Source of the DNA: a virus
Virus record (IMG/VR): IMGVR_UViG_3300030109_003951
Location: 22,601-86,600 of that record
Direction: 5' to 3' (one strand)
Length of the DNA stretch: 64,000 nt
The notes below the pieces were generated by a model. That model was given only the letters and a program-made list of their open reading frames with translations. It did no database searches and was not told the origin of the DNA. Positions 1-9,695 of the stretch are shown here, in pieces (the stretch's first letter is position 1; each line of letters opens with the position of its first letter). A program made the translations under genes and the position numbers.

Positions 1-27
1 GAATGAGAGTATATGGTTTAATCTAAG

Positions 28-372
28 GTGGTTTACTTGGTTAAAGTTACCAACTATAGTGGGCGAAGATTCAGAACTAGAAATATGACTCTGATGCCAG
101 AAGAAACTAAATCCATAGATGTTGAAACAGGAATTCAACTTATGGGTTTATCTGGTGTTAAAGTTATTTTTGAGGCTGGCGACAACCTATCCAACATAAC
201 TGAGTACCGCTTAATAAAAGCAGCAAAGTTCGTAGGATTAACTGCTACATCTAAAGATGATGCAATCAAACAACTAGTACCTAAGAGAACAAGAACCAAG
301 CAATTAAAGTCAGTAGTGACCAAAGCAAAAGAAGCAGTATTACCTGCGGAAGAAGAAACTACTGAGGAATAA
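28..372 (+). CDS. hypothetical virion-module protein
   Basis: 114-aa ORF co-oriented with the structural genes; no recognisable motif. Confidence 0.6.
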   Translation: MVYLVKVTNYSGRRFRTRNMTLMPEETKSIDVETGIQLMGLSGVKVIFEAGDNLSNITEYRLIKAAKFVGLTATSKDDAIKQLVPKRTRTKQLKSVVTKAKEAVLPAEEETTEE

Positions 373-374
373 CT

Positions 375-668
375 TTGTCTTGGGAAGATATACTCAAAGT
401 AAGAGTTCCAGTAGGCAGAGCGCAAGGCTCTGATGAACGACCAGATATTACAATGGATGTATCTGAAAAAGTATTAGCGGGTGCTGATATTTTATATGCT
501 GTTGAGAAAGCAAACTTGAGAGATAAAACTGGTAAAGGTATAGGAGAAACACTTTTAGAAATGTTAGATTTTACATCTAAAGAAATGACTTTAGCCAATG
601 CATTATATCGTGATAAATCAGTACCAAGTCTTTATATTGACTATAAATTTCAAGAAATGTATGAATGA
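375..668 (+). CDS. hypothetical protein with N-terminal WxxILK motif
   Basis: 97-aa ORF with TTG start after GAGG; begins MSWEDILK. Confidence 0.6.
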   Translation: MSWEDILKVRVPVGRAQGSDERPDITMDVSEKVLAGADILYAVEKANLRDKTGKGIGETLLEMLDFTSKEMTLANALYRDKSVPSLYIDYKFQEMYE

Positions 669-717
669 CCGATATTATTAATAGACAGGTGTATTTTGGG
701 GTAAATGAGGAGATACT

Positions 718-993
718 ATGCCAGCATGTAGAAGTAGTGGAAAATTAACAGCAGATGCTTTAGTCGTGACTGGGAAAGTTAGGGTTGCTAGTCTTTTTGT
801 ACAAGAAACTGGCGGAAGCACAGCAGAGATTGCAATATATGATAATACTGCGGCAAGTGGTGATGAAATAGCAAGAGTAAAATTAAGTGCGGGTTTAGGC
901 CACGATGTTGATTTACATGGTGTTATGGTTACTAATGGTGTCTACTTTAAAAAAGTTAGTGGGGCTGCAACATGCTTCATTAATTATTACTAA
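718..993 (+). CDS. small beta-rich putative virion protein
   Basis: 91 aa, GAGGAG RBS, Gly/Ala/Val-rich beta-strand pattern. Confidence 0.6.
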   Translation: MPACRSSGKLTADALVVTGKVRVASLFVQETGGSTAEIAIYDNTAASGDEIARVKLSAGLGHDVDLHGVMVTNGVYFKKVSGAATCFINYY

Positions 994-1004
994 GAGGCGT
1001 TAAG

Positions 1005-1391
1005 ATGGCAGCAATGGATAAAGACACAAGGCTTGTAATGACGATACTGTTCGTAGGGGCGGTATCTGGAACGAATGTATATTTTTATAGTGCGTATGGT
1101 TCAGAATTACCATTTACAAATTTTGCACACGCAGTACTATTTGGATTTTTAACTGTTGGAGGAATCATGGGACTAAAAGCATGTTTTGATTTAGCAGTTA
1201 ATGATAGAATGGAACTTTGGTTATTAGACCGTAAGATTAAAATTTACTGGGAAAAGAAACAAAGAGAAACTCAACAAAAACAAAAAATTAGAGAGTCGAT
1301 GAATACTTATGGTTCATATATTCCCCCACAAAAACAAACTACCCAAGATAATGAGGTTCCAAACACATTCCTAGCATCAATAGAGCAGTAG
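1005..1391 (+). CDS. membrane protein (2 predicted TM helices, coiled-coil tail)
   Basis: Hydrophobic stretches LVMTILFVGAVSG and FAHAVLFGFLTVGGIMGL, then a K/Q-rich helix. Confidence 0.75.
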   Translation: MAAMDKDTRLVMTILFVGAVSGTNVYFYSAYGSELPFTNFAHAVLFGFLTVGGIMGLKACFDLAVNDRMELWLLDRKIKIYWEKKQRETQQKQKIRESMNTYGSYIPPQKQTTQDNEVPNTFLASIEQ

Positions 1392-1400
1392 GTGTGTTAG

Positions 1401-1607
1401 ATGCCTTTTCTCCCATCAATTACTGGCAACGAACAAGTAGCCTATGATATGAGTAGAGCGCATTCTGCTGATTTATTTTTTATCAAGATGAGAGCATGGT
1501 TTTGGGGAGTAACTGCTAGTGTTGCTTGTTTCTTATTAGGTCATATGATTGGCGTACTTGGTATCAATCTATATGAAATGGTGTGGGGTTGGTTTGGTGG
1601 TCATTAA
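1401..1607 (+). CDS. small membrane protein
   Basis: 68 aa with long hydrophobic C-terminal half; stop overlaps the GTPase ATG (TAATG). Confidence 0.7.
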   Translation: MPFLPSITGNEQVAYDMSRAHSADLFFIKMRAWFWGVTASVACFLLGHMIGVLGINLYEMVWGWFGGH

Positions 1608-2272
1608 TGTCATTAATGGCTGGATTTGCCGTAGTCGCTGCTGATATTGCTTTAGGGATATATCATAAATTAAACACTATACCTTTTGGTGTATATGGTG
1701 CTACTAGAGTTGGTAAAACAACACTACACAATCAATTAAGAACAAGGGGCGAGGTTGCCGAAATTAAAAAAAGAACAGTGGGTTTACAACGGGCTACTAG
1801 AAAATCAGTTAAGATAGATGGCGATGCTAGAACTTTAAAAACTGCCGATATAGGTGGAGAGTCAAAGTATTGGGATTTATGGAAAAAAGATATGAAAGAT
1901 AGAAAAGTAGATTATATTATTTTTGTAATTGATGATAGGCACTTAGAACAAACTTACAATTTAGAAAATCAATTAGCATGGACTTATCTTGTAGATTTAG
2001 TTTGTGACGATTATTGGCACATAGGTAAAAAAAGAAAAAAGAAAAAAAAGTTTCCTAAAGCAGTTGGCTTGTGGGCAAACAAATATGATAAGTGGGGAAA
2101 GGAACATAATTACGAAGGGCCAATAGAAGAACACCCTATATTTCAGTCATTTAAGTATGGGATGCAGCGATTACATGATAAAGGAATACCCACTCACAAG
2201 TACATCGTGAGTGCAAAATCCGACCCAGAAATGGTATATCGTGGAGTAATGACAATGATAAAAGACTATTGA
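1607..2272 (+). CDS. Arf/Sar-like small GTPase (Ras superfamily)
   Basis: G1 GATRVGKTT, G2 RTVG, G3 DIGG(E), IIFVIDD, G4 NKYD, G5 SAK; hydrophobic N-terminal helix; start moved to the coupled ATG at 1607. Confidence 0.88.
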   Translation: MSLMAGFAVVAADIALGIYHKLNTIPFGVYGATRVGKTTLHNQLRTRGEVAEIKKRTVGLQRATRKSVKIDGDARTLKTADIGGESKYWDLWKKDMKDRKVDYIIFVIDDRHLEQTYNLENQLAWTYLVDLVCDDYWHIGKKRKKKKKFPKAVGLWANKYDKWGKEHNYEGPIEEHPIFQSFKYGMQRLHDKGIPTHKYIVSAKSDPEMVYRGVMTMIKDY

Positions 2273-2273
2273 G

Positions 2274-2918
2274 ATGATAAAAATGATGCAAGGAAATTAT
2301 AATGGAGGGTTAATTGGTAATACACAACATAACCCATTTGACAAACCTAGTAAAATCGCAAGATTAGCAGGGCCGATGATGGAATATAAATTTGAAAATA
2401 CAGCCCCCAAAAAAAAGTTAAAAGAATTAAGAAAAGTTTTGTTACCAGAAAAAAGAAAATTTTTACTTTTGAAGTTTGGCTACAAGTATAACATCCGTAA
2501 TAGATGTTTAGTGTGTGGCTCATGGCATGAGTGGGAAGCATCTGACCCATTAAGGGCTGGTATCATATTATCAGAAGTAACTAAAGGAAGACCGCTCCAA
2601 GGAACTTATTGTCCTAGACATGCTAACATGTATAAACAATTTGAAATGCTTCAAGATGAAGTTTTGGCTGACAAACATGGCTTAGAATTTAAAAGATATA
2701 TCCCTAAACCGAGAATCCCGTTAATGTCACAAGGGCCAATGACTAACCTAAATCAAGCGCAAGTTTCAAGTCTGATAGCCGCAGGGTGGTTAATACAGCC
2801 GCCCAAAGGCACCAAGGAGATTCCGAAAGAACAATACGTTAGATTGATGTCGGAGATACAAGGCAAACTAAAACAAATAGAAAATTTAGTAGGAGTGATA
2901 GACAATGGTGAGGAGTAG
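2274..2918 (+). CDS. putative Zn-binding protein in the GTPase operon
   Basis: CLVC...CPRH ligand set; C-terminal helix. Confidence 0.65.
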   Translation: MIKMMQGNYNGGLIGNTQHNPFDKPSKIARLAGPMMEYKFENTAPKKKLKELRKVLLPEKRKFLLLKFGYKYNIRNRCLVCGSWHEWEASDPLRAGIILSEVTKGRPLQGTYCPRHANMYKQFEMLQDEVLADKHGLEFKRYIPKPRIPLMSQGPMTNLNQAQVSSLIAAGWLIQPPKGTKEIPKEQYVRLMSEIQGKLKQIENLVGVIDNGEE

Positions 2919-3594
2919 TACATTAAATACAGCGTTACAAGGTCAACAAACAAACACATTCAAAACAATGAATAATCTGTTAACATTACAAGATAATCAT
3001 GTTGAAGAATTTTTACAGTATCACGGTCATGAATTTTTCTTAGGTATAGAGAAGTTCTTAGAAGATATTGTAGAGAGAGTCATGAGTCAAATGTTATCTA
3101 AGTTAGAATTCAATGTAGATAATACCAGTGGCTCAATGAAATTAAATGAATATTGTCTAAAGGAATATGAACGAATTACACAAGAAAATATCGAACTAGA
3201 TATTCAAACCATTCTTGCTGCTTCTCTAAACATGGAAGTAGTTAATCAAAGAAGGTTAGCAAAAAACAGTTATTTAGAATCTCAAGGATTTAATCCTCAA
3301 AGCCCTGCTTCTCCAGCAGGACAAGGAATGCCAGCAAATCAAGGAATGATGCAAGGCCAGATACAAGGTCAACCAATGGGCGGTCAAATGAATCAACAAA
3401 TGGCTATGCAACAAAATAATCAATCTGGTTATCCTGTTCCGCCAGCAGGTTACGATAATTACGGCAATCCATACTGGGTAGACCCTAATAATGGACAAGT
3501 CACTTACACTGCCCCATCTAGTGGGTTAGGTATTGGTCGTGCGGCTATGCAAGGAATTGGTAAAGCGGCTGCATGGGCCAAGTGGTTAGCATGA
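2905..3594 (+). CDS. helical protein with Q/M/G-rich low-complexity region and C-terminal amphipathic helix
   Basis: QGMPANQGMMQGQIQGQPMGGQ tract, PPAGYDNYGNPYW, ends GIGKAAAWAKWLA. Confidence 0.7.
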   Translation: MVRSSTLNTALQGQQTNTFKTMNNLLTLQDNHVEEFLQYHGHEFFLGIEKFLEDIVERVMSQMLSKLEFNVDNTSGSMKLNEYCLKEYERITQENIELDIQTILAASLNMEVVNQRRLAKNSYLESQGFNPQSPASPAGQGMPANQGMMQGQIQGQPMGGQMNQQMAMQQNNQSGYPVPPAGYDNYGNPYWVDPNNGQVTYTAPSSGLGIGRAAMQGIGKAAAWAKWLA

Positions 3595-4559
3595 GTATAA
3601 CAATAAACATCCCGTTCCCAGATAAAAAGGGGTTCGTTGAAAGTAAATTAAATGTAGATGATATTACAAATCATTTCTTAGATTGGCTTATTGGGTGTTA
3701 TGATGGTGGAGAAGAAATATGTGGTCTGTTACCATATTATATGTCAAACATTGAAGAAGTTTTTTCAGATAAAGAAAATACTAATTTAGATATGACTCAA
3801 GATTATTTTAAAAAGGCACTTGATGAATTAAGAAATACTAGAATTGATGAAGCAGTTCAAGAAAGAATAAATAATAAAAAATTAAATTTAGACCTTAATT
3901 TAGAAAATCCTAATTTAGAAAATTGGACTTTCCAAGATGTAGATAGTTACAAAGAAGAATTCGTAGGGGCAAAAGATGATGGTGGCCAAATTTTTAATGA
4001 ACATAGATTTGATAAATCTTTATGGTCTAATGTAGAATATACTAACTCTGATTCTAAATATGAAGATGGTATTTTTTCATACACTGCACAAGCAAAAAGT
4101 TCAACTAAAAATTTCTTAACAAAACAAATAGAAAACTCAAAATCTTATTCGAGAGTTAAGTGGGTAAGGACACAAGAAAAACCAGTTATACTAACTATGA
4201 AAAAATTATCTAAAGACTTTCTTAAAGATTTAGGTGAGGCCACACTAGATACTGATACCCTTGATGATGTGTTTAGAGGAATTAGTTGGTTTGAAAAAAT
4301 GGACGATAGTTTTTGGAAATCTAAAGCAGGGTTTAGGTCTAACTCAGATTATTTATTGAACCCTAATATTCTTCTTGAATATGATATAAAGATACCAATT
4401 ACTAAAAACTCAATAGGAAAACCCACAATTGTAGCAAAACCAATACAAGAAGTTTCTTTACAAGGCGAACAACGTAAAGGAGTAAAAGATGATTTGTGGC
4501 GACACCTAAAAGGTAAAATGAAAGTATTAGAAAGATATGTTACGGAGGCAACTACATGA
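3591..4559 (+). CDS. hypothetical protein
   Basis: Long ORF; ATG at 3591 overlaps the upstream stop. Confidence 0.65.
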   Translation: MSITINIPFPDKKGFVESKLNVDDITNHFLDWLIGCYDGGEEICGLLPYYMSNIEEVFSDKENTNLDMTQDYFKKALDELRNTRIDEAVQERINNKKLNLDLNLENPNLENWTFQDVDSYKEEFVGAKDDGGQIFNEHRFDKSLWSNVEYTNSDSKYEDGIFSYTAQAKSSTKNFLTKQIENSKSYSRVKWVRTQEKPVILTMKKLSKDFLKDLGEATLDTDTLDDVFRGISWFEKMDDSFWKSKAGFRSNSDYLLNPNILLEYDIKIPITKNSIGKPTIVAKPIQEVSLQGEQRKGVKDDLWRHLKGKMKVLERYVTEATT

Positions 4560-5674
4560 AATATATATCACCATCAGATAGAACAGCAATAGCCCCTAAT
4601 TACACTAATGGGGATGGTTATTACACAACAGATACTCTCATAGCCTCGATGTTACAAATACCTGCCTTTAGTTCTTCTACTAACCCCACATCAGCAGAAG
4701 TGGGCACAATAATAAGAAATGTAGAAGATAGAATAGATAGCATCACAGGAACATCTTGGCGACCTATAATTTACAGAGACGAGTACCACAACTTTTCATT
4801 CACAAGTAATGTAGTTGCGATACCCACTGATTTTGTAGATTATGTTGGGTTTGTTCAGTTAGATAATCCACACATTCGTAAACTCATAAGATTAGAAATC
4901 TATCAAGGAAATAATTATTTAGATTTAGCATCTGCTACTGCCACAGTTAACTTTGATGATTTTACTGCTATTCAAAGTAATACCACACAAATCAATCTTA
5001 AATTGCCTAACAGTGGTTTAGTGTTTAATTTATTAGCAGGAACTACTGATTCTAGATTTGACTCAACTTATGGTAATCAAACTGCGGCAGAAGAACTTGT
5101 AGCATTAATCAATGAAACATTCCCTGCTAACACATCTACACTAACTGGTGCAACTCAAGCAAAAGCACAAACTGATAGTACAGGTGCTAAACAAGTATCA
5201 GACTTTTTCTATGCAACATTAGATTCTGAAAATAATAATAAAGTAATAATATCATCTTTATTGCCTAGTGATGATGGGGCTAATTGTTCAATTTATCTTA
5301 ATGGCAGTTCATCTACAACAACTGCTCATGGTATAACAGTTACAGGTTTTACAGATAAAGAACAGTTAGGTAGGTTAAGTAACTTCTGGACAATAGGGCA
5401 TGAAGGAAGAATCTTCTTTAGAAAACAATTCCCATATTCATTATCTAATTCAATAAGAGTAACTTATATCGCAGGTAATCAAAGAGTGCCAGCAAGTATT
5501 GCAGAAGCCGCTACAAAATTAGCGTGTTGTGAAATATTGCGTCATGATGATTCAACAGTGTTGATTGGCGAAAGTGGCAATCAAATTAGTCCTAGAGAAA
5601 AATATGATTTATTAACTTTAGAAGCAAATGAAACATTGAATGCATACAAGAGTACGGTGGTGTTGGTAGATTGA
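4556..5674 (+). CDS. head-tail adaptor/connector protein with inserted domain
   Basis: N-terminal EDRIDSITG..WR and C-terminal VTYIAG..VPASIAEAATKLA resemble connector families; lies before the tail genes. Confidence 0.7.
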   Translation: MKYISPSDRTAIAPNYTNGDGYYTTDTLIASMLQIPAFSSSTNPTSAEVGTIIRNVEDRIDSITGTSWRPIIYRDEYHNFSFTSNVVAIPTDFVDYVGFVQLDNPHIRKLIRLEIYQGNNYLDLASATATVNFDDFTAIQSNTTQINLKLPNSGLVFNLLAGTTDSRFDSTYGNQTAAEELVALINETFPANTSTLTGATQAKAQTDSTGAKQVSDFFYATLDSENNNKVIISSLLPSDDGANCSIYLNGSSSTTTAHGITVTGFTDKEQLGRLSNFWTIGHEGRIFFRKQFPYSLSNSIRVTYIAGNQRVPASIAEAATKLACCEILRHDDSTVLIGESGNQISPREKYDLLTLEANETLNAYKSTVVLVD

Positions 5675-5826
5675 AGTCTTTGAAACAATACATGAAAGAT
5701 GTCCAAGATTTAGAGGCTATGTTTGCTGAGGCAGGTTTTGGCGCATTTGCTAGAAGATTAAGCCAAGAAGATATACTATCTGAGGCATTAGATTTATGGG
5801 CTAAAGATTTGAAGGAAGGTAAGTAA
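5671..5826 (+). CDS. small hypothetical neck protein (51 aa, not in ORF track)
   Basis: TTG start overlaps the upstream TGA; MKSLKQYMKDV...KEGK fills the gap exactly. Confidence 0.55.
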   Translation: MKSLKQYMKDVQDLEAMFAEAGFGAFARRLSQEDILSEALDLWAKDLKEGK

Positions 5827-5827
5827 T

Positions 5828-6391
5828 ATGGATGAAGTGACTTATGTAGTTGAGTTGTTAAAAGGCACTAATATTGCCACTAGTCAATATGGTGGGACTA
5901 ATACATGGGCAGGTTCAATTTCTTCATTGTCTATACCTGCGGCACATCAAGTAACTCCAACAATCATAGACATTCGCAACATGACAAAAAATAAAGGTAG
6001 GGCTTACGATTTATCTACTGCGGCTTCTGGAGAATCTTCTTCTGACCTTATAGTAGTTTTTGAGGATTCTCAAACAATAACACATCCTACAGTAGCCTAT
6101 GATGTTAGGAATGAAACCTACACATTAACATTACATATTCGCACAATACAAGACGATAGGGGGGCAAGTGATGCAAATTTCGCTAGAGATAGATTAGAAA
6201 ATTTGTATAAAATTGTCCGTCATAGACTTGAAGCGAACCGTAAAGGAGCAAAGGTGACAGTTAGTGGTGACTCTAATTCTTTCGACCTTATATATTTAAG
6301 GGGTAGAACGGAGTCGAATGACCGAGCCAAAAGGCTGTTTGGGTACAAAGTTCAGATAGAATTACAAAAGTATGCAGTGGCCTTACCGTAA
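5828..6391 (+). CDS. tail terminator/completion protein
   Basis: Directly before the tail tube gene; strand-helix-strand pattern YTLTLHIRT...LENLYKIVRHRL...GYKVQIEL. Confidence 0.6.
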   Translation: MDEVTYVVELLKGTNIATSQYGGTNTWAGSISSLSIPAAHQVTPTIIDIRNMTKNKGRAYDLSTAASGESSSDLIVVFEDSQTITHPTVAYDVRNETYTLTLHIRTIQDDRGASDANFARDRLENLYKIVRHRLEANRKGAKVTVSGDSNSFDLIYLRGRTESNDRAKRLFGYKVQIELQKYAVALP

Positions 6392-6413
6392 GTAAGTAAG
6401 TAGGTGAAAAGAA

Positions 6414-8171
6414 ATGGTAACGAATAGTGAAGTATGGATGGGGTCTGGTGCATCAGTAACATTAGTCCCAGAGAGTGATTTATTTTTAGGATTTAAAGAT
6501 GGTGCATTTAGCAGTTCAACCACGTCCACAGATAAAACTAGAGGACAATATGAAATTGATTTAGCCAACCTTAAATCTCAATTTAATAACAGTGGAGATG
6601 CATTTACTGATAAATATTTGTTAACAGATAGTGTCTATAGCGGTTGTATTGCTGATTTTATTAAAGATGATGGAACTCTCGTACACAGTAGAGTTATTTC
6701 TGGTAACAGTTATAATAAACTTTATTTCAATGAAGAATACCATAGTGGAACTGGTGATAATACTTATATCATTATAAGAAAGTTTGGTGCGCCAGTTTTC
6801 GGCCCTAAAACAAATGATGCTGGTGGTCAAGCCCAACCTACATTGCTCGCAGATAATTGGTTAGGAATAGTAAACACTATTACTTTCCCTAATCCATCAG
6901 TAGAAGTATTACAAAAGAATCTTGCTCTTGGAGGAAGTAGAAATTTTACTCTTCAATTCAAGGGATTGGAAAATGCCGAAGGTGGAACTTTTGAAGTTAG
7001 TGCTAATCAAGGAACATGGTTGTATTATGCGTTAGGTAAATGTACTAATATAAATGCTACATTTACAGATGTTGATAATTATACTGATATGTTCACTACC
7101 ACAACTACCACTGGATTTTACTTAGATGATGGTTCTACTGGAAATAATTCTGGGATGTTAGAACAAGGCCCATTCTTTTACCGAAGCGTTGTTAATGTTT
7201 CATGTCCACCACCAATACCTTCTGATTTAGGGATAACTGCGGAAGCACATGTAGCAAGTGCAACCGCAACTTTAGAAAAGTTAACACATTCAACTGTTGG
7301 GGCAGATGGTGAAATAGATGATGCAATCACCTATACTTTTGGAGAAGCCAATGGTAGCGATTTACCTTCCTTCACATTAGAACATGTAATCAACAAAGGT
7401 TCACCTACACAATCAATGTTATCAGACGGTACAAATAAAAATTATTCTACTACTGCCAATGATGGAGAATCAAAAACATTAACAGTGAGTGATGAAGTTT
7501 TTACAAGAATAGCAACAGGTAATACAGTCAACACTTTAACTTTAATGGCTAATGAAGGTGAAGAACTTAAAATGAGCATGGATTTAATGACAAAGCAAAT
7601 TATAAAACCACAAGGTAATGATACATCTTCTGTCGCTGCGGCTTATTTGGCAAGAAGAGGAGTAACAGATGATAGAAGTTTAATCAACTTCGGTTCTGGT
7701 GCTGGAGGGGCAAATGCTAGTGTAGAAGAGTTCCTAAAACCATTCTTTTTCCATGATGGTAGTTTAAGTATATTTGGCCAACAATTTTTGAAAATATCAA
7801 ACTTTACATTAACAATAAATAATAACTTACAGGAAAAAAGATTTGTTGGTAATTACAAGAAAGGCTCAAAATCAATTTTACCAGCACAAAGAATGTATGA
7901 GATTACATTAAGTGGTTTAGTTACAGATTCATTATTGTTTGACCAATTATTGAATGATGCAGAAAATCCAAGTACAAGCGCACAAATGATTGAGTTAACA
8001 TTTACTAAAGAAAATGGTGAAAACATTACATTGAAATTTACAGATTATTTTGTTAGTGTGGCTAACTTCCCAATACCAGAAGATAACAGTCCTTTCATTG
8101 TAGATGCTACAATTATGCCAAGAACTTTGAATACATGTACAGTGAAAACACACTGGGTATTACAAGGGTGA
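6414..8171 (+). CDS. major tail tube protein with insertions
   Basis: LPSFTLE, VNTLTL..NEGEELKMSMD, PFFFHDG, NFTLTINNNL, RMYEITLSG motifs; GGTGA RBS. Confidence 0.75.
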   Translation: MVTNSEVWMGSGASVTLVPESDLFLGFKDGAFSSSTTSTDKTRGQYEIDLANLKSQFNNSGDAFTDKYLLTDSVYSGCIADFIKDDGTLVHSRVISGNSYNKLYFNEEYHSGTGDNTYIIIRKFGAPVFGPKTNDAGGQAQPTLLADNWLGIVNTITFPNPSVEVLQKNLALGGSRNFTLQFKGLENAEGGTFEVSANQGTWLYYALGKCTNINATFTDVDNYTDMFTTTTTTGFYLDDGSTGNNSGMLEQGPFFYRSVVNVSCPPPIPSDLGITAEAHVASATATLEKLTHSTVGADGEIDDAITYTFGEANGSDLPSFTLEHVINKGSPTQSMLSDGTNKNYSTTANDGESKTLTVSDEVFTRIATGNTVNTLTLMANEGEELKMSMDLMTKQIIKPQGNDTSSVAAAYLARRGVTDDRSLINFGSGAGGANASVEEFLKPFFFHDGSLSIFGQQFLKISNFTLTINNNLQEKRFVGNYKKGSKSILPAQRMYEITLSGLVTDSLLFDQLLNDAENPSTSAQMIELTFTKENGENITLKFTDYFVSVANFPIPEDNSPFIVDATIMPRTLNTCTVKTHWVLQG

Positions 8172-8176
8172 TTTAG

Positions 8177-8317
8177 ATGGAAAAAACAATTAATTTAAAA
8201 TCTCATCGTAGAGAAGCAATTCCTAAATTAAGAGCATTAGAGGTTAAGAAAAACCCTCCTAAGCCAAAGAAACAACGCAAACCTAGAAAGAAAAAAGTGG
8301 TAGAGGAAGATGAGTGA
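8177..8317 (+). CDS. small basic protein (46 aa, not in ORF track)
   Basis: ATG after GGGTGA; MEKTINL...KKQRKPRKKKVVEEDE. Confidence 0.5.
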   Translation: MEKTINLKSHRREAIPKLRALEVKKNPPKPKKQRKPRKKKVVEEDE

Positions 8318-9095
8318 ATGGCAATCTGTGTTGAAATCTACTTCTATTGAAAAACAAACTTCTAATGAAGTAATGGATAAATTCGTAGAAAATTTAGGAA
8401 AAGTTATAGCAGATTACCAAAAAGAACAACAAACCAATCAATCCACAACAGCAACACAACCAACTCAACCAACTCAAGCACCCTCGGTTGCGGGTAGAGC
8501 AGATACTATAACTGTTGGAGGAAATAAACCAGCAAGTGGTTATAAAACTTATACTTCTGAAGAAATCCAAGCATTAAGAGGAGCAGGAGTTAGCACTAGC
8601 GAAATAAAACGATTAGATACTGCTAGAGCAAAAAATATGCAAAAACCACCATCATTAGCCGCACCAGCAGCAGGAGTGGCACCAACAAGCGTTGCGGGTA
8701 ATATAGCACCACAAAAACCACTTTCAGCAAGAACAACACCTCCAACATATACTGCTTCGCAAGCAAATATAGATAGAGCGATGCGCAGATTACCACCTTG
8801 GGCAGAGAAACTTAGAGAACGTCAAGCAACTGCTCAAGTGACTCAACAAGAAGGTCAACCTGCTACTTCTCAAGTGAGGCGGGACTCTTATGATAGAGGA
8901 GAAGACGACTCTAGAACAAGAGGACTTGGGCCAGCAAAGCCAGTTGGTGGTCAAGGTAGAGTTAAACGTACTCCAACACAAAAAGATAAAACTATGGCTC
9001 AACAAGGATTATCTCTAGCCCAGCAACGTGAGTTAGAAGTTGATACACTTCTAGGAGAAACACTACAGGATAGGAGAGAAAGACAACGAAAATAA
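8310..9095 (+). CDS. low-complexity Q/T/P/A-rich protein with N-terminal WxxVLK motif
   Basis: 261 aa, apparently disordered; begins MSEWQSVLK. Confidence 0.65.
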   Translation: MSEWQSVLKSTSIEKQTSNEVMDKFVENLGKVIADYQKEQQTNQSTTATQPTQPTQAPSVAGRADTITVGGNKPASGYKTYTSEEIQALRGAGVSTSEIKRLDTARAKNMQKPPSLAAPAAGVAPTSVAGNIAPQKPLSARTTPPTYTASQANIDRAMRRLPPWAEKLRERQATAQVTQQEGQPATSQVRRDSYDRGEDDSRTRGLGPAKPVGGQGRVKRTPTQKDKTMAQQGLSLAQQRELEVDTLLGETLQDRRERQRK

Positions 9096-9138
9096 TATTC
9101 ACACCAAAACAATGTATGTAAGTAAAAAGGTGAAAAAA

Positions 9139-9507
9139 ATGAAAAAAGTAATAACAGATAAATCAGCATTATTTGCTGGTGGAGCAAGAGAGCATTATAT
9201 TCGAGTCGCTCCCGATTCGGATGAATACCTAAAAGTTTGGGTAAAACAACCAACATGGCTACAAGTAGAACAAGCAATGGCCTCTATTATGAAAATAGAT
9301 AATAGAACAGGAAACATGGATTTAGATTTAAATGCCATGTATAAATACATGCTTGAAAATTTTATTGAAAAAACTGAGCCGCAATTATCAGCAATTGATA
9401 TTATAAGATTAACACCTTATGTTGGAAACCAAATAAAAGAAATTCTTCCTAACCCAATGGATATGTCGGGGGATGAAGAAAAAAAAGGACTTTCCGAGAT
9501 GGTCTAA
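9139..9507 (+). CDS. tail assembly chaperone (G form)
   Basis: Lies between tail tube and tape measure; ends in an A8 slippery run; AAGGTGA RBS favours ATG 9139. Confidence 0.75.
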   Translation: MKKVITDKSALFAGGAREHYIRVAPDSDEYLKVWVKQPTWLQVEQAMASIMKIDNRTGNMDLDLNAMYKYMLENFIEKTEPQLSAIDIIRLTPYVGNQIKEILPNPMDMSGDEEKKGLSEMV

Positions 9508-9695
9508 AGGGTAAGCAGGTAGATATAAAATCCATGTCTAGGATTATGGTCTACATGTTGTCCCAAGCACTATCTATAAGTCCATTAGAAGTTTACAATT
9601 TACCAAGTGATTTATTCAAAGATATGTTAATAATATATGGAGAAGTGGAAAAGATTAAAAGTGAAGAAATGGAGAAGGCGTTGAGGAAGAAATGA
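9480..9695 (+). CDS. -1 frameshift extension of the tail assembly chaperone (GT form)
   Basis: A AAA AAA at 9480-9486; -1 frame is open (RTFRDGLK...ALSISPLEVYNLP...RKK) to a TGA overlapping the tape-measure ATG. Confidence 0.75.
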   Translation, partial: KKRTFRDGLKGKQVDIKSMSRIMVYMLSQALSISPLEVYNLPSDLFKDMLIIYGEVEKIKSEEMEKALRKK

